A DNA stretch of 64,000 bases from the NCBI GenBank assembly GCA_003427395.1, contig BFEA01000028.1, forward strand, positions 3,823,665 through 3,887,664, given 5' to 3'. Numbering within the stretch: position 1 is the first letter of the stretch; each line of letters begins with the position of its first letter. Source of the DNA: Chara braunii. Taxonomy: Eukaryota > Plantae > Charophyceae. The notes below the pieces were generated by a model. It did not search any database. It worked only from the letters and a program-made list of their open reading frames with translations, and was not told the origin of the DNA. The translations under genes were made by a program, and so were the position numbers. Shown here piece by piece: positions 38,108 to 51,379 of this stretch.

Positions 38108-38266
38108 GAAGGCCCAAAATTTGGGGTTTTTCGCCGCATCACTGCAAACAATGTCGTCAAAACTTTTGCAAACAAACTATGCGGTTAATAGAAGGCCCAA
38201 AATTCGGGTTTTTTCGCCGCATCACTGCAAGCAATGTCGTCAAAACTTTTGCAAACAAACTATGCA
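38108..38266. repeat. Two-copy ~83-bp tandem repeat
   Basis: gaaggcccaaaatt.gggtttttcgccgcatcactgcaa.caatgtcgtcaaaacttttgcaaacaaactatgc occurs twice. Confidence 0.9.
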
Positions 38267-38896
38267 GGCTCATAATACAAACATAAAAAACCAAATAGGC
38301 AAAAAAAAACGAAAAAGAAAAATCGAACAGCACTATAAAACCCATTTCGAAGTTGCTTTCGAAGTTCGCCTAAACGTTTCCCGAATGCGGTGTTTTTGCC
38401 AACTTTTTCGTTACTCGTCTAAATACGCTGAAACTGAATACAGATATACCCTAAAGCTTATACATATCAGAAAACAAAACAAAAAAAAGCAAAAATTAAG
38501 GAAAATATGACCGTTTCGGTGAAAAATTCGCCGAAAATGACACCGCCTATTAACCACGAGTGAAGAAGGGCTGCAATATCCATGCCACTAGACAACCAAT
38601 GATCCACACACAAAATGGAGGAAGGAAAAGGAATGTAGGCCTTGTTTCTTTTCCAATGGTTTGGTACCGAGCGCTTTTTCTTAGTCAGCAGGAACCTTGT
38701 TCACAAATTTTTCTCAGTAAAAGCCCGCCTCAACCAATGGCTGTAGAAGGAAGCTCGACCAGTTTTCTCGCTTGGGCAATTGACATGTGTTGTAATTTTG
38801 GAAAACCACGGAGAAGTATTCCTTACTTCCTGTACTTTTTGCCACGTAAACGGGCGCGGGAAGATTCGATGACAACGGGGGGCGCGCGCGCGCGCG

Positions 38897-38976
<80 letters not shown>

Positions 38977-39144
38977 GGTGAACTACGCGGGGCCCTGCGT
39001 GCAGTTCGTCGGGGAACTCTCTCTCTCTCTCGCTCCCACCCCCCACCCCCTCTGTGCGCTGCTAAATTACTATAGCAAGGGAATGAACCTTTCATGTTAT
39101 TTGCAAAAGATTCATTCTCTCGCTGTAGTAGTTCTGAAACACGC

Positions 39145-39184
<40 letters not shown>

Positions 39185-39285
39185 NNNNNNNNNNNNNNNN
39201 NNNNNNNNNNNNNNNNNNNNNNNNNNNNNNNNNNNNNNNNNNNNNNNNNNNNNNNNNNNNNNNNNNNNNNNNNNNNNNNNNNNNN

Positions 39286-39350
<65 letters not shown>

Positions 39351-39417
39351 CTCTGTCACTCTCTCATTCGCTTTTCGAGGTATAAAATGGGAATGTAAGG
39401 TACCTTCCCGTTTACCA

Positions 39418-39471
<54 letters not shown>

Positions 39472-39500
39472 TCGCTCTCTCACTCGCCTTTCCGAGGTGT

Positions 39501-39687
39501 AAAACTAGGGCGCAGTCATGATTTTAGTTTAAAATCCAGTTCATGCATGCCTTGAATACAACACATCCCCACTGGACCCTCAAGCTAGGTTGTATACATT
39601 CACCATTTTCCGTGCTTTGGCACAACATTCGTGAAATCTTGCGTGAAGTGCATCTTCAAACTGAAACTGTGATTGCGCCCTAGTTTT
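39501..39687. mobile_element. Small foldback MITE-like element; related copy at ~63169-63340
   Basis: AAAACTAGGGCGCAGTCA... and ...TGATTGCGCCCTAGTTTT terminal inverted repeats; no clear TSD. Confidence 0.55.
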
Positions 39688-40644
39688 CCCTTTTTTAAAA
39701 AATTGGAGTCAGGGGGGTTCCACTTAACAAGGTGATTAGAGCATCCTCCTTAAACCACCAGTACATTTTCTGATCTGAAAAATAAATATGAGGCTCGTGT
39801 ACGCCTATATTTCTCGGGGGCTCAGGTACAGGAAGGAAATGACTGGTGGCGCCAACCAAAAGCAAACCCTCCTCAGTTCTGTTTCTTGGTGTGCAGGATG
39901 AATTTAGGCTTGACATCGATAGCTGGGTGTGGCCAATGTTTTTGAACCGCCAGTGGCTGGCACCGCCCAAAAACACGGCCCCAACCTTGCAAAAAATCGC
40001 GAGTTGCCAACTCCAAACTTTTCGGGGCTTGGGTCTACCGGACCACAATGGTTGGCGGTGCCAGCCACTGGCGGTTTGAAAAGCTTAGCCCATGTAGGAC
40101 CTCCAGTTCACACGAGCCTACTTCCAAGCCTCTCCAGCATGCAACTGCGACTTCTCAAAGTGGCCTACCGCTTTTTGGCCCAGCCTCTAGTCGATATTCC
40201 CTTACCGCATATATTGGTAAGAGAACTTTTTAGGTGTGTGTAAACTAGTGGTTTAAACCGCAAGTACACGACCCCAGCCTTGCAAAAAGTTTTTGTTGCC
40301 ACAAGCAAGACTCGGAGGGGCCGTGTGGCGTGGGGCTCTGTTGAAAAAACATCTGCGGCCTCCGAAGTTGTGCGGGTTTTGTGTTGACTTCCGTGGGCCG
40401 ATGTGTGGTCTCCTAGTGCTAAACCACCAGTATTTGACCCATACATCGGCCGTGGGCCTTCCCGATTACCGCGGCGACACCCCAGGGGGTCGGCCAAGTG
40501 AAGGTCAGTTGGTGCTTGAAAGTCGGGCGCCACCTTTCCTGGCATATGACAGTCAAAAAAGAAAAAAGAAAAAAAAAAAGGAAAGAAAAAAATACGAAAA
40601 CAAAACAAAGAAAAAACACGTTCAAAAACAAAAACATGTGGGGG

Positions 40645-41266
40645 TGTGACGAACTGTTTTCTGTAACCGCGCGATTTTCTAAGCAAGGCTGCTTCGAGGG
40701 TTGAATGAGGAGGGCCCACGGGATTACATGGGTGCCCTTGCTTTCCTTGTTTTTCAGAATCGAGGCCGGGGTGATCTTGTGACGATTGGTAGCTGGTTGC
40801 GCCTTAGCGAGCACGAAAGATAACTCTTACCATAACTTCTTTCCTGTTCTGCTGTGGGAAATGAGAATTTTGGCGTGGTCGTCGTGTGGAAAAATCTTTT
40901 TGAACTTTTAACTGAAATCGAGCCCCTGTGAACTCTTGGAATTTTCTCTGGTCAAAATTTCTTTTTGCAATTAGGATTTAGATTGGGAATTTAGGCGCGT
41001 CTCAATTTTTGTTGCACGACGCTTCTTGCTTGCGTACGCCTTCCACACCTTTATCCTTGCGTGTAACTGTAATTTTTGTTTTGGCGGGCATAATTGCAAC
41101 CAGGGTAACCGGCGTTCGGGACGGGCTGAACGCCCGAACCCGAACGCCCGAACGTATGGGACCCCTTGGGGATGCGTTCGGCCGTTCGGGCCGAACACGG
41201 ACCAAAAAAAAAAAAAAAAAAANGACCCCTTGGGGATGCGTTCGGCCGTTCGGGCCGAACACGGAC

Positions 41267-41301
<35 letters not shown>

Positions 41302-42412
41302 ATCAAACAAATCTGAAAAAAAGATATGTTATGGAGAAAAATAAATTAAAGAAGATTTACCTGAGCATTACATCCGAATTCCTTACCAAATTTGAAATAA
41401 AAATAAAATGCGGAAAATAAATACTAATAATAAAAATAAATAAAAATAAAAATAGAATTAAATTTAGTGAGTGCGCGAGCATGTTTTTGACACCGCCATC
41501 TTTGGCGATTTTTTATTTTTTTTGGCATAGCTAAATGCCCTGAAAATTTACAGATGTGTACTTCACATAATAAAAAACCCACTAAAAAAGTTTCGAAAAA
41601 TAATAAAATTGTTTCGACCCCGAACTAAAGTGAAAACAAAAAGTAAAAAGTGAAACAATACGTGGGCGAGCACGTTTTGACACCGCCATCTTTGGCGATT
41701 TTTAATTCTTATTTGGATTAGCCAAATGACTTGAACATTTACAGGCATGTACCTCATGTCATAGATAACTCACAAAAAATAATTCAGAAAAAAAATAATA
41801 TTTTTAGACCCCGAAATAATTTTTGGCGGGGGCCGAAGGCCGTCGGGTTCGGACCCCGTACGGGACCCTGAACGCCCGTGCGTACGGAGGTCTGCCCGGG
41901 GACCTCCGTACGTACGGGCTGGTGACCCTGATTGCAACTGTAATCCTTCTGTTCTTGATATCTTTTGTGGCGTCCATGTGCGTGCGTACTTCTTCCTCTG
42001 TCTTAATTGGCCGGAATGCTTGCATGACTAGATCGATGTGTGGAGTGAGGCTGCGTCCCCCACGCCGCGGCCTACATGTAGCCATGCAGACGTAGGCACC
42101 TCCTTCCTCCTCCTTCTTTTTTCCACTCAACCACAACCCCGGGTATCTCGTGCAAGCATGCATGTTATAGTCTCACATGCTCTCTAAGAATTCTGGGAGT
42201 TAGCGTGGTCGAGAGGATCGACTAACGAGCGAGATTTGGAAGGTGAGTAGGGAGTTGGGCGATCCGACGAGCTGGTGCTGGGCATGCGGGGTTGACGTGG
42301 GGCTACGACGGACTGTCGCACACGGGAGAACCTGGTTGGCATACTCAGACTAAGTGGGGTGACAACTCTTTGTAGGTGCGAGGCGACGGATTGCCTGCAT
42401 CGCAATTTTGTG

Positions 42413-42502
<90 letters not shown>

Positions 42503-43351
42503 NNNNNNNNNNNNNNNNNNNNNNNNNNNNNNNNNNNNNNNNNNNNNNNNNNNNNNNNNNNNNNNNNNNNNNNNNNNNNNNNNNNNNNNNNNNNNNNNNN
42601 NNNNNNNNNNNNNNNNNNNNNNNNNNNNNNNNNNNNNNNNNNNNNNNNNNNNNNNNNNNNNNNNNNNNNNNNNNNNNNNNNNNNNNNNNNNNNNNNNNNN
42701 NNNNNNNNNNNNNNNNNNNNNNNNNNNNNNNNNNNNNNNNNNNNNNNNNNNNNNNNNNNNNNNNNNNNNNNNNNNNNNNNNNNNNNNNNNNNNNNNNNNN
42801 NNNNNNNNNNNNNNNNNNNNNNNNNNNNNNNNNNNNNNNNNNNNNNNNNNNNNNNNNNNNNNNNNNNNNNNNNNNNNNNNNNNNNNNNNNNNNNNNNNNN
42901 NNNNNNNNNNNNNNNNNNNNNNNNNNNNNNNNNNNNNNNNNNNNNNNNNNNNNNNNNNNNNNNNNNNNNNNNNNNNNNNNNNNNNNNNNNNNNNNNNNNN
43001 NNNNNNNNNNNNNNNNNNNNNNNNNNNNNNNNNNNNNNNNNNNNNNNNNNNNNNNNNNNNNNNNNNNNNNNNNNNNNNNNNNNNNNNNNNNNNNNNNNNN
43101 NNNNNNNNNNNNNNNNNNNNNNNNNNNNNNNNNNNNNNNNNNNNNNNNNNNNNNNNNNNNNNNNNNNNNNNNNNNNNNNNNNNNNNNNNNNNNNNNNNNN
43201 NNNNNNNNNNNNNNNNNNNNNNNNNNNNNNNNNNNNNNNNNNNNNNNNNNNNNNNNNNNNNNNNNNNNNNNNNNNNNNNNNNNNNNNNNNNNNNNNNNNN
43301 NNNNNNNNNNNNNNNNNNNNNNNNNNNNNNNNNNNNNNNNNNNNNNNNNNN

Positions 43352-43388
<37 letters not shown>

Positions 43389-43448
43389 TCACAAACAGAG
43401 ATGCCCGGTAAACCATAGGCATATATATATATATATCTGTATATATAT

Positions 43449-43519
<71 letters not shown>

Positions 43520-44819
43520 AGATGTATTGTGTTGATGAGGTTTTCTTTCATTCTTCTGATTAATTTCGGTATTGTCGCCGAGCGCCTTGTCCTTCTTTTT
43601 GATCGACATCTTTCGTTTTCCTTGCTTCCCTTCTTCAGAGACTGACATATGGATTGTTTTTCCCCACTCCCCGTCTCTGTCTTTTTGAATCGGCAAATCT
43701 GATTGATTGGTTTCCAGAGATCGAGCCTTGTGTGATCTCTGGGCTGATTGGCCAAGGAATTCTTGCATGATCCTCGGTTCTCTCTGTTTGTATGTAAGCT
43801 AGATGCATGATAGGGGTGGTTCTGTCTGTGTATGAATTGGATAGGCATGCTAGACTATTAGATGACCGTCTCACTATAGGATGATCCATCTCGCGAATTG
43901 CTTGCTATGTGGTCGAAGGACAGGTCTCCCGTTGCACGTGTAGGCTCGACCAAACACGATCGCTGTCTACGAGCGCGTCTGCGAAACCTGAACTCGACTT
44001 ATTTCCCGAATGACTGATGTTCCACCATGGCTCGCAGCATGAATTTCAGCCTCCCTTTTGTGTCCTCGAGTGCTTGAGGGATCTGGAATTCCAGGGATAT
44101 TGGGAACACTATTTTTAGCCTGCACGACCTTGGGCGGAACCAACGGAATTTCCCTACTTGACGGGGAACGACGTATTTGCGAGTGGGACCTCGACCATGC
44201 CTTGGGACGTAACCCCCATCTCCCCATTTACTCTAGCCCATACACGTTTCACGTCCTCACGAGGCCCAAAATCATTATCTTAGGGACGGAATTCCCTCCT
44301 TATCACCGCATCCTACCCTACCGCTCCCTAACCATCGTCCCCTGGCTCGCAATTGCTCCTGACTGTCCCCAACCCCTGTGCTCAGAGTGTCTGCGGGACC
44401 ACGAGTACTAAGCCTCTGGCCTCATCCGACGAACTCATTCGGAGGAAGAACGACGGGCGCATAGTCTTAGATTGAGGCCAGCCACGTCGGGTTCGGGGAC
44501 TTGAGACGTTCGACGTCGGCAAGTGACGAATCAGCGGGATACCCATACGATCCCGCTAGTGCACCAGATGCGACCCCGACCTGGACGACGGAACCAATAG
44601 AGTCGGTAACTCAGCCCCCCCCTCCCCCCCCCTCTTCTATGCAAAACGGAACTCCAGTCCGCCCCCACCCTCCTGCATTCGCATCTTAGGGCTTGTCACA
44701 TGAGATCTCAGTTCCGACTTGGGACTCCACCCCCACTTTTCTAAAATCCTTGGCACACCCCCTTTTCGCACTTCCAGAGCCACTCACACTCCGATCAGGA
44801 AGTTGTGCCGGGCGCGAGG
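40645..44819 (+). mobile_element. Probable solo LTR of the Ty3/gypsy family at 47776-59877, in opposite orientation; 3' end lost in an N gap
   Basis: Starts TGTGACGAACTGTTTTCTG and is colinear with the reverse complement of the other two LTRs; no gag/pol on either side. Confidence 0.85.
41101..41930. mobile_element. Non-autonomous hAT element nested in the solo LTR
   Basis: TIRs CAGGGTAACCGGC / GCTGGTGACCCTG; 8-bp TSD ATTGCAAC at 41093-41100 and 41931-41938; the site is empty in the other two LTR copies. Confidence 0.92.
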
Positions 44820-45101
44820 NNNNNNNNNNNNNNNNNNNNNNNNNNNNNNNNNNNNNNNNNNNNNNNNNNNNNNNNNNNNNNNNNNNNNNNNNNNNNNNNN
44901 NNNNNNNNNNNNNNNNNNNNNNNNNNNNNNNNNNNNNNNNNNNNNNNNNNNNNNNNNNNNNNNNNNNNNNNNNNNNNNNNNNNNNNNNNNNNNNNNNNNN
45001 NNNNNNNNNNNNNNNNNNNNNNNNNGGCGATCTGCATGGAGGGCCGCGGCAAAGTCGCCGCCTCTCTCTCTCTCTCTCTCCAAGCGTTTGCATTTTGGAA
45101 C

Positions 45102-45145
<44 letters not shown>

Positions 45146-46946
45146 GAATGAATCTTCCGGCTTTCGTGCGACGATGCATTCCCTTTTTTNAGTTCCCTTT
45201 TTTTTTTTTTTTTTTTTTTTTCCCTNTTTTNTTTTTCGAATCTTTCAAGATGAGCTCCAGGATTTGAACGCCCGGTAGTTCNANCCTNGGGAACGGNCAG
45301 CNNATTGNTAGGCCGAGGCTCGGAGTAGATAGCTGGGCCAGGTACTGGTGGTTTAAGTGCCCCCCTGCTCTGAAGGCTCCATATATTGGTGGGGAGCTGC
45401 ACCTACTGGAAAACGGGTCCAGCGTTTCATCAAACCAGCAGTACTCCATAAAGTCGTGCCCGTTAACGCGCCACGATTTTAGAAAACGTACGGCCCACTA
45501 CAGGAGCGCCCAAATTCATCCATGTAGAAACGTTTCTACTCTATGTTTTCCCGTGGCCAATAGCTTGGCCAACTACTGGTGGTTTAAGTACATTGATTGT
45601 CTGCGACAAGCTGCTAGTCTAAGAGAGGATATCCCTGTCCCTTCGAGTGTCCCGTTTCCTACACACTGTTGCATTCGTCCTGCGTCCTCCTTTGTCCCAT
45701 ATTTTCCATTTCTGTTTCCCTCTAGGTTTCTTATCTCACCCACTCTTGAGCACTGTAGATCTCTGTCTCTACTACCAGAAGTGATAAGGCCTCTGCTAGC
45801 ATTTATGGACCCCGTTGCATATGTCAGTAGAGATCTGAGCAGTCTGATCACAGTGCTGTGCCTCTATTTCTCCTCGGAAGTGAGAACTTCACAAAGGAGC
45901 ACGATAGTAGGGGAACTATTGTGGCAGTAGCAACAGAGGGTAGGTCATCCAACGGAGGGTGCACCTGCCTCCAGCTTCCCAGTAATATATGAGCGAACCG
46001 CAGACCTTGATATCTTTCCCAATTTGATACGGTCATGATGAGGGTGTCTTGTACTTGGGGAAGATGGTGCTAGTTGTCTATTGGAGTTGTGGAAGTATCT
46101 TCTTAGGTCTTTATTCGGAAACTCCTGCACTAGTGTCTCCTGCTGTAATTGGGACTGGAACTTTCTTTTTTTTTTTTTTCTTTTTTTTTTTTGGGGGGGA
46201 GGACGATTGCTCCAAGCTATTCGTGGGGAGCAGCACGTGCTGGGAACGGGGCCCAGCACCCCATCAGAATCTTACAATATATGAGTTACCGGGGTCATTA
46301 CCCGGCTTCGGCTAGGAATTCACGTACTAGAAATTCTCAGGAAGATTCAAGCGAAAATCATGACTCACAGGGGCTATAGAAAAAGAACACAAGCCTTCTA
46401 CCCATAGGAGACTTCAGCCCAAAACCAAACTGCCTTGGTGACATTCAGCAGCCCAACACAAAACCTTCCTTAGCCTCCCATATCCTCAATACCCAGTCTC
46501 TGCCAGACCTCACACCCCCAACTGCTAGGTTAGAGAGTGGCGCGACCCACTCCAGAACAATCCCCACCTGCTGGGCTAAAGGGTGAAGCGACCCACCCCA
46601 GCTCCGAGCAACGTTGTCTGCGTACTACCGTAGCTTGCCAACAGACAGTAGAGTGCCTTCCACCCTCGACATCTCCCCAGATCTCTCTACCAGGCCTCTT
46701 GCCCCCATACAACTCGAGTTACAAAGTCCAGCAGGGTTGTCGTGTTCTTTTCTTCTCGGTACACAGTACTGGCTCGGTAGAGACTGGCTGGTTGGTATGA
46801 AAACGTGAGATTAGGGTTAGGGTATTATGTGAGTTCTGAGTAGATAAGCATTTTGAGTATTCAGCATCAATCTCTATTATCTCAATCATCCAGAAGCGTT
46901 CCTGAATCATCCCCAATTTTCATCAATCATCAATGTATTCCAATTA

Positions 46947-47289
46947 TAAGGGACGCTGGGCCCGGTTCCCAGCACGCGCTGCTCCCCACGAATAGATTGG
47001 GGCATTTTTAATTGAAAAAAAAGGGAAAACTACGCGGGAGTCACAAAAATGAGTTGTAATTGCACTATGCGCCAAGATACAGTTTCGAATTGAAGTTCCG
47101 GCAATGTATACAACCCAGCTTTCTGGCCAGGTGTAGGGTGCAAGAAGTGCACTTGCAAACTGTATCTTGGCCCATAGTGCAATTATAACTCGTTTTTGTG
47201 ACTCTACTGAAGTTACTCCCCCCCCAAAAAAAGGCTCCATCTATTGGTGGGGAGCTGTACCTGCTGGAAATCGGGTCCCAGCATCCTTG
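46947..47289. mobile_element. Foldback MITE (TA-flanked, Tc1/mariner-like); fragments at ~45380, 46217, 60625, 60765-60955 and 63378-63530
   Basis: ~55-bp TIRs (aagggacgctgggcccggttcccagcacgcgctgctccccacgaatag and its inverse) plus an internal inverted pair gagtcacaaaaa..gagtt.taattgcactatg.gccaagatacagttt; TA at both ends. Confidence 0.7.
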
Positions 47290-47775
47290 TATAGTACAAA
47301 AATACTTTGTCTCCTAGTTTGTCCATGTAACGGGCAGGGTCTTACACCCCTTACCAAAGGTGGTGTGCATGCAACTGCTGTCTGGTTGTGATGTGTGTGG
47401 CAGCGCTACTGTGCCAGTGAGGTTTGTAAGTGCAGTTTCCTGCATCTCCTTGTTGTCCTTCTCTTGTGTAACTAAGGCGAGAGCGCCCATCCTGGTGTAA
47501 TGACTGTATGGAGCTGATGCTGTTGTGTGGTTGGGGCCAAGGAGCCCTTCTCAGTATAGTGGCTGTAAGCTGAAGGTCGTGTCCCAAGGTATCTACTGCA
47601 ACAGGTGCCTTCCGTCCGAAGCCAAGTGGCCAGTACTGTCCCCATTTCGAATCGGCAAAACTCCTACTTGCTATCTCCCCGCAAATCTGTCACTGAGCAC
47701 TCTCTGAGGTCCCCAGGGGAGATCCTTGCTCGGCCGACAAACTGAAGTAGGGTTTTTGGGAAGGGTTTAAGGGGC

Positions 47776-49239
47776 TGTGACGCCCAACCTCACGCCCGAC
47801 ACAACTTCCTGATCGGAGTGTGAGTGGGCGTGGAAGTGCAAAAAGGGGTGTGCCAAGGATTTTAGGAAAGTGGGGGTGAAGTCCCAAGTCGGAACTGACA
47901 TCTCCTGTGGCAAGCTCCGGGATACGAATGCAGGAGGATAGGCGTAGACTGGAGTCCTGTTTTGTGCTTCGAGAAGCAGAGCTACCACCTCCGTTGGTTC
48001 CGTTGTCCATGTCGGGGTCGTATCCGATGCACCGTCGGGACGCTATGACTATCCCGCTGGCTCGTCATTTACCGACGTCGAACGTCGTAAGTCTCCGAAT
48101 CTGACGTGTCCGGCCTCAATCGAAGGCTGTGCGCCCGTCGTTCTTCATCCGAGTGAGTCGCCGGATGAAGCCGGAGGCTCGGCACTCGTGGTCCTGCAGA
48201 CAGTCCGAGCAATGGGGTTGGGGCCAGTAAGCAGCGATTGCAAGCCAGGGGACGATGGTTAGAGAGTGATAGGGTAGGATGCGGTGATAGGGAGGGAATT
48301 CGGTCCCCAAGATAATGATCCTGGGCTCCATGACGACGTGACATGTGTATGGGATAGAGTAGCTGGGGAGATGGGGGATACGTCCCAAGGCCTGGTTGAG
48401 GTCCCACTCGCAAATACGTTCGTTCCCGTCAAGTAGGGAAATTATGGAGGTTCCGCCCTGGGTCGTGCAGACAAACAAGAGTGCTTCCAATATTCCCGGA
48501 ATTCCCGATCCCTCAAGCACTGACGGTCAGTGATGCGAAATGGAACGCCGAAATTCATGCTGCAAGTCAGGGTGGAAAACTAACTATTCGGGAAATTGGT
48601 TCAGTTCAGGTTTCGCAGACGCGCGTGTAGGCAACAATCATCTTTGGTCGAGCCTACACGTGCGTGCACGGGACCTGTCCTTCGATCAGATGGGTGAAAG
48701 CTAGCGGTTCGCAAGATGGATCGTCCTATAGTGAGACAGTCATTCATCTAATCGTCTAGCATGCTTATCTACTTCATACACAGACAAAATCACACCTAAC
48801 ATCCATGCATCGAGCTTGCATACAAACAAAAGGAATCGAGGATCCTTATGCAACAATTCTTTAGCCAATCAACTCAGAGATCACACAAGGCTCGATCGCC
48901 GGTAACCAATCAATCAGATTTGCCAATTCAAAAAAACAGAGAAGGGGAGTGGGGGAAGACAATCCACACGTCAGTCTCCGAGGAAAGAAAAGAAGGGAAA
49001 AATCCGAGATGTCGATCCAAAAAGGACAAGGGCGACTGACGCGAAATACCAAAATTGCTCAGAAGGATGGAAGAGAAACATCAACACAACNNNNNNNNNN
49101 NNNNNNNNNNNNNNNNNNNNNNNNNNNNNNNNNNNNNNNNNNNNNNNNNNNNNNNNNNNNNNNNNNNNNNNNNNNNNNNNNNNNNNNNNNNNNNNNNNNN
49201 NNNNNNNNNNNNNNNNNNNNNNNNNNNNNNNNNNNNNNN

Positions 49240-49273
<34 letters not shown>

Positions 49274-50212
49274 ACAATATCCCGATGCGGGCGGTCCGTC
49301 ACCTCGCACCCACACAGAGTTGTCACCCCGCTTAGTTTGAGCATGCAAGTCAGGTTCGCCCGTGCGCCGCAATCCGTCGAGGCCCTACATCAACCCCGCA
49401 TGCCCAACACCAGCTCGTCGGATCGCCCAACTCTCTACTCACCTTCCAACTCTTACTCGTTAGCCGATACTCTTGACCGCGCTACCTCCCAAAATTCTTA
49501 GAGAGAGAGTTAATCGCGCTTGCAAAATTTATAGCATGCATGCTTATGCGAGATATTCGGGGTTGCGCCTGAGTTAATGTACGTCTGCGTGGCCGGGCCG
49601 CGGCGTGGGGGACGTAGCCTCACTCCACATATCGATCCGGTCATGCAAGCGTTCAAGCCAATAGGACGGAGGAAGAAGTACATGCGCACAAGGATGCCAC
49701 AAAAGATATCAAGAACGAGAGGATTGCAGTTGCAATTATGCCCGCCAAAACAAAAGTTATAGTTACATGTAAGGATTAAGGCGCGAAAAAGTCAGAACAC
49801 AGATCTTGACGCGGCAAAGTGTGCGTAAGCAAGAAGCATCGTGCAACAAAAATTGAGATGTGCCTAAATTCCTAATCTCAATCCTAACTGCAATGAAAAA
49901 TTTTGAACGAAGTAAATTCCGAGAGCCCACGGGGACTCGATATCAGTTGAAAATTCAAAAAGATTTTCCCGCGTGACGATCGCGCCAAAATTCTCATTTC
50001 CCACAACAAAAGAAGAAAGAAGCTATGACAACATTTATCTTTCGTGCTTGCTAAGGCGCAATCGGCTACCAACCGTAACAAGATTACCCCGGCCTCGATT
50101 CCGAAAACAAGAAAAGCAAGGGCATTCATGTAATCCAGTGGGTGGTCTCGATTCAATCCCCGAAGTAGCCTTGCGCAGAAAATCGCGCCGTTGCAGAAAA
50201 CAGTTCGTCACA
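47776..50212 (-). repeat. 3' LTR
   Basis: Direct repeat of 57460-59877; contains an internal (CT)n tract and gap. Confidence 0.9.
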
Positions 50213-51379
50213 TATGTGACGCCCAGGGGGTTCCAATCTTGAGCAAGTTCCTGCTTGCTCACCCAATCATCCGTCAATCTCGTGGGAAAATACCAGCGAT
50301 CGATGTGGAGTCGATACGTGCCACTTACCGTAAGATGAGAATGTGGAAGTCATCCAGGTGGCACCCGCTAACTCCGATCTTAGAGATTGTTGGGGAAGGG
50401 TAGCCTGATGACAGGCGGGGGAGGAGGAGGGTCAACTTGCGGGAGTACATGTGGACCACAACAGATGTGGTACCACCGTACGGCTAAGCATCGCCGGTGT
50501 GGGCCGCTCATCGCAGTGCGAAAGGATATCCAGAGGCAGATCATCCACGAGCTGCACCAAGAACACCAGGATTAGCTCCAAATGGTCGTCCTCACCTTCC
50601 CGAACAGAATCCCCAACAGCTCCCCTTCCATGTCCATTCTCCATGCTTGGATTATCAAAAAGTTCGTGTCATCATCGGGACTTCGTCTTCTTCGTCCCTC
50701 TTGACCGGCTCCGCCCAATGGAACACCAGCTCGAGGAAAAAGAAGCTAAGCGCGACGTACTCGTTCCACCACTTTGCCCACTTGCCGACGTCAAGGATCG
50801 ACACGTCCAATTGCCTGATCCGAAAAGAGAGAGGGGCGTTCGTAGCGGATTGCCAGAAGGTAGGGAGATCAGAGGGAGGCCCGAAAGTCGAGAGGCGGTG
50901 CTGGTTCATTGAGGCGGCACGAAGGGAAGAAACTCTAGGATGATGACAACCGGCGTAGTGAGAGAGAGTCTGAGTTGGCTGAGGTCGATATCGTTGGTGG
51001 AGTCGATCTGATCGCCTAGCTAGCAGCTGGACCCACACAGCCGTGAGTCCCGCGCCCAGAGTCGCAGCTGTCGAAGGGCGCCTGTATGACCTAACAGATG
51101 CAACGCTGTAAGATCACCGATGAAGGCGACGATCACTGTCACGTGGATGAGGCCTGGTGGAGACAGCCGCAGAAAAGTCGACACCTCGGCCAACGCCCGC
51201 GTTCGATCGCTGGTCCGTGCAAACCGAAATTCCGCCACGGTGTGGATGGCCGCCGTACTGAAGAAAGTCGCGGAACAGAGCAGATCGGGACTCAATCGTG
51301 GTCGCTGTACCTGCCGGATCGACGAAATATGCCCCCAAGGTCTCATTAGCCGGTCGCTAATGACTTGCTCGGTAGAAAA

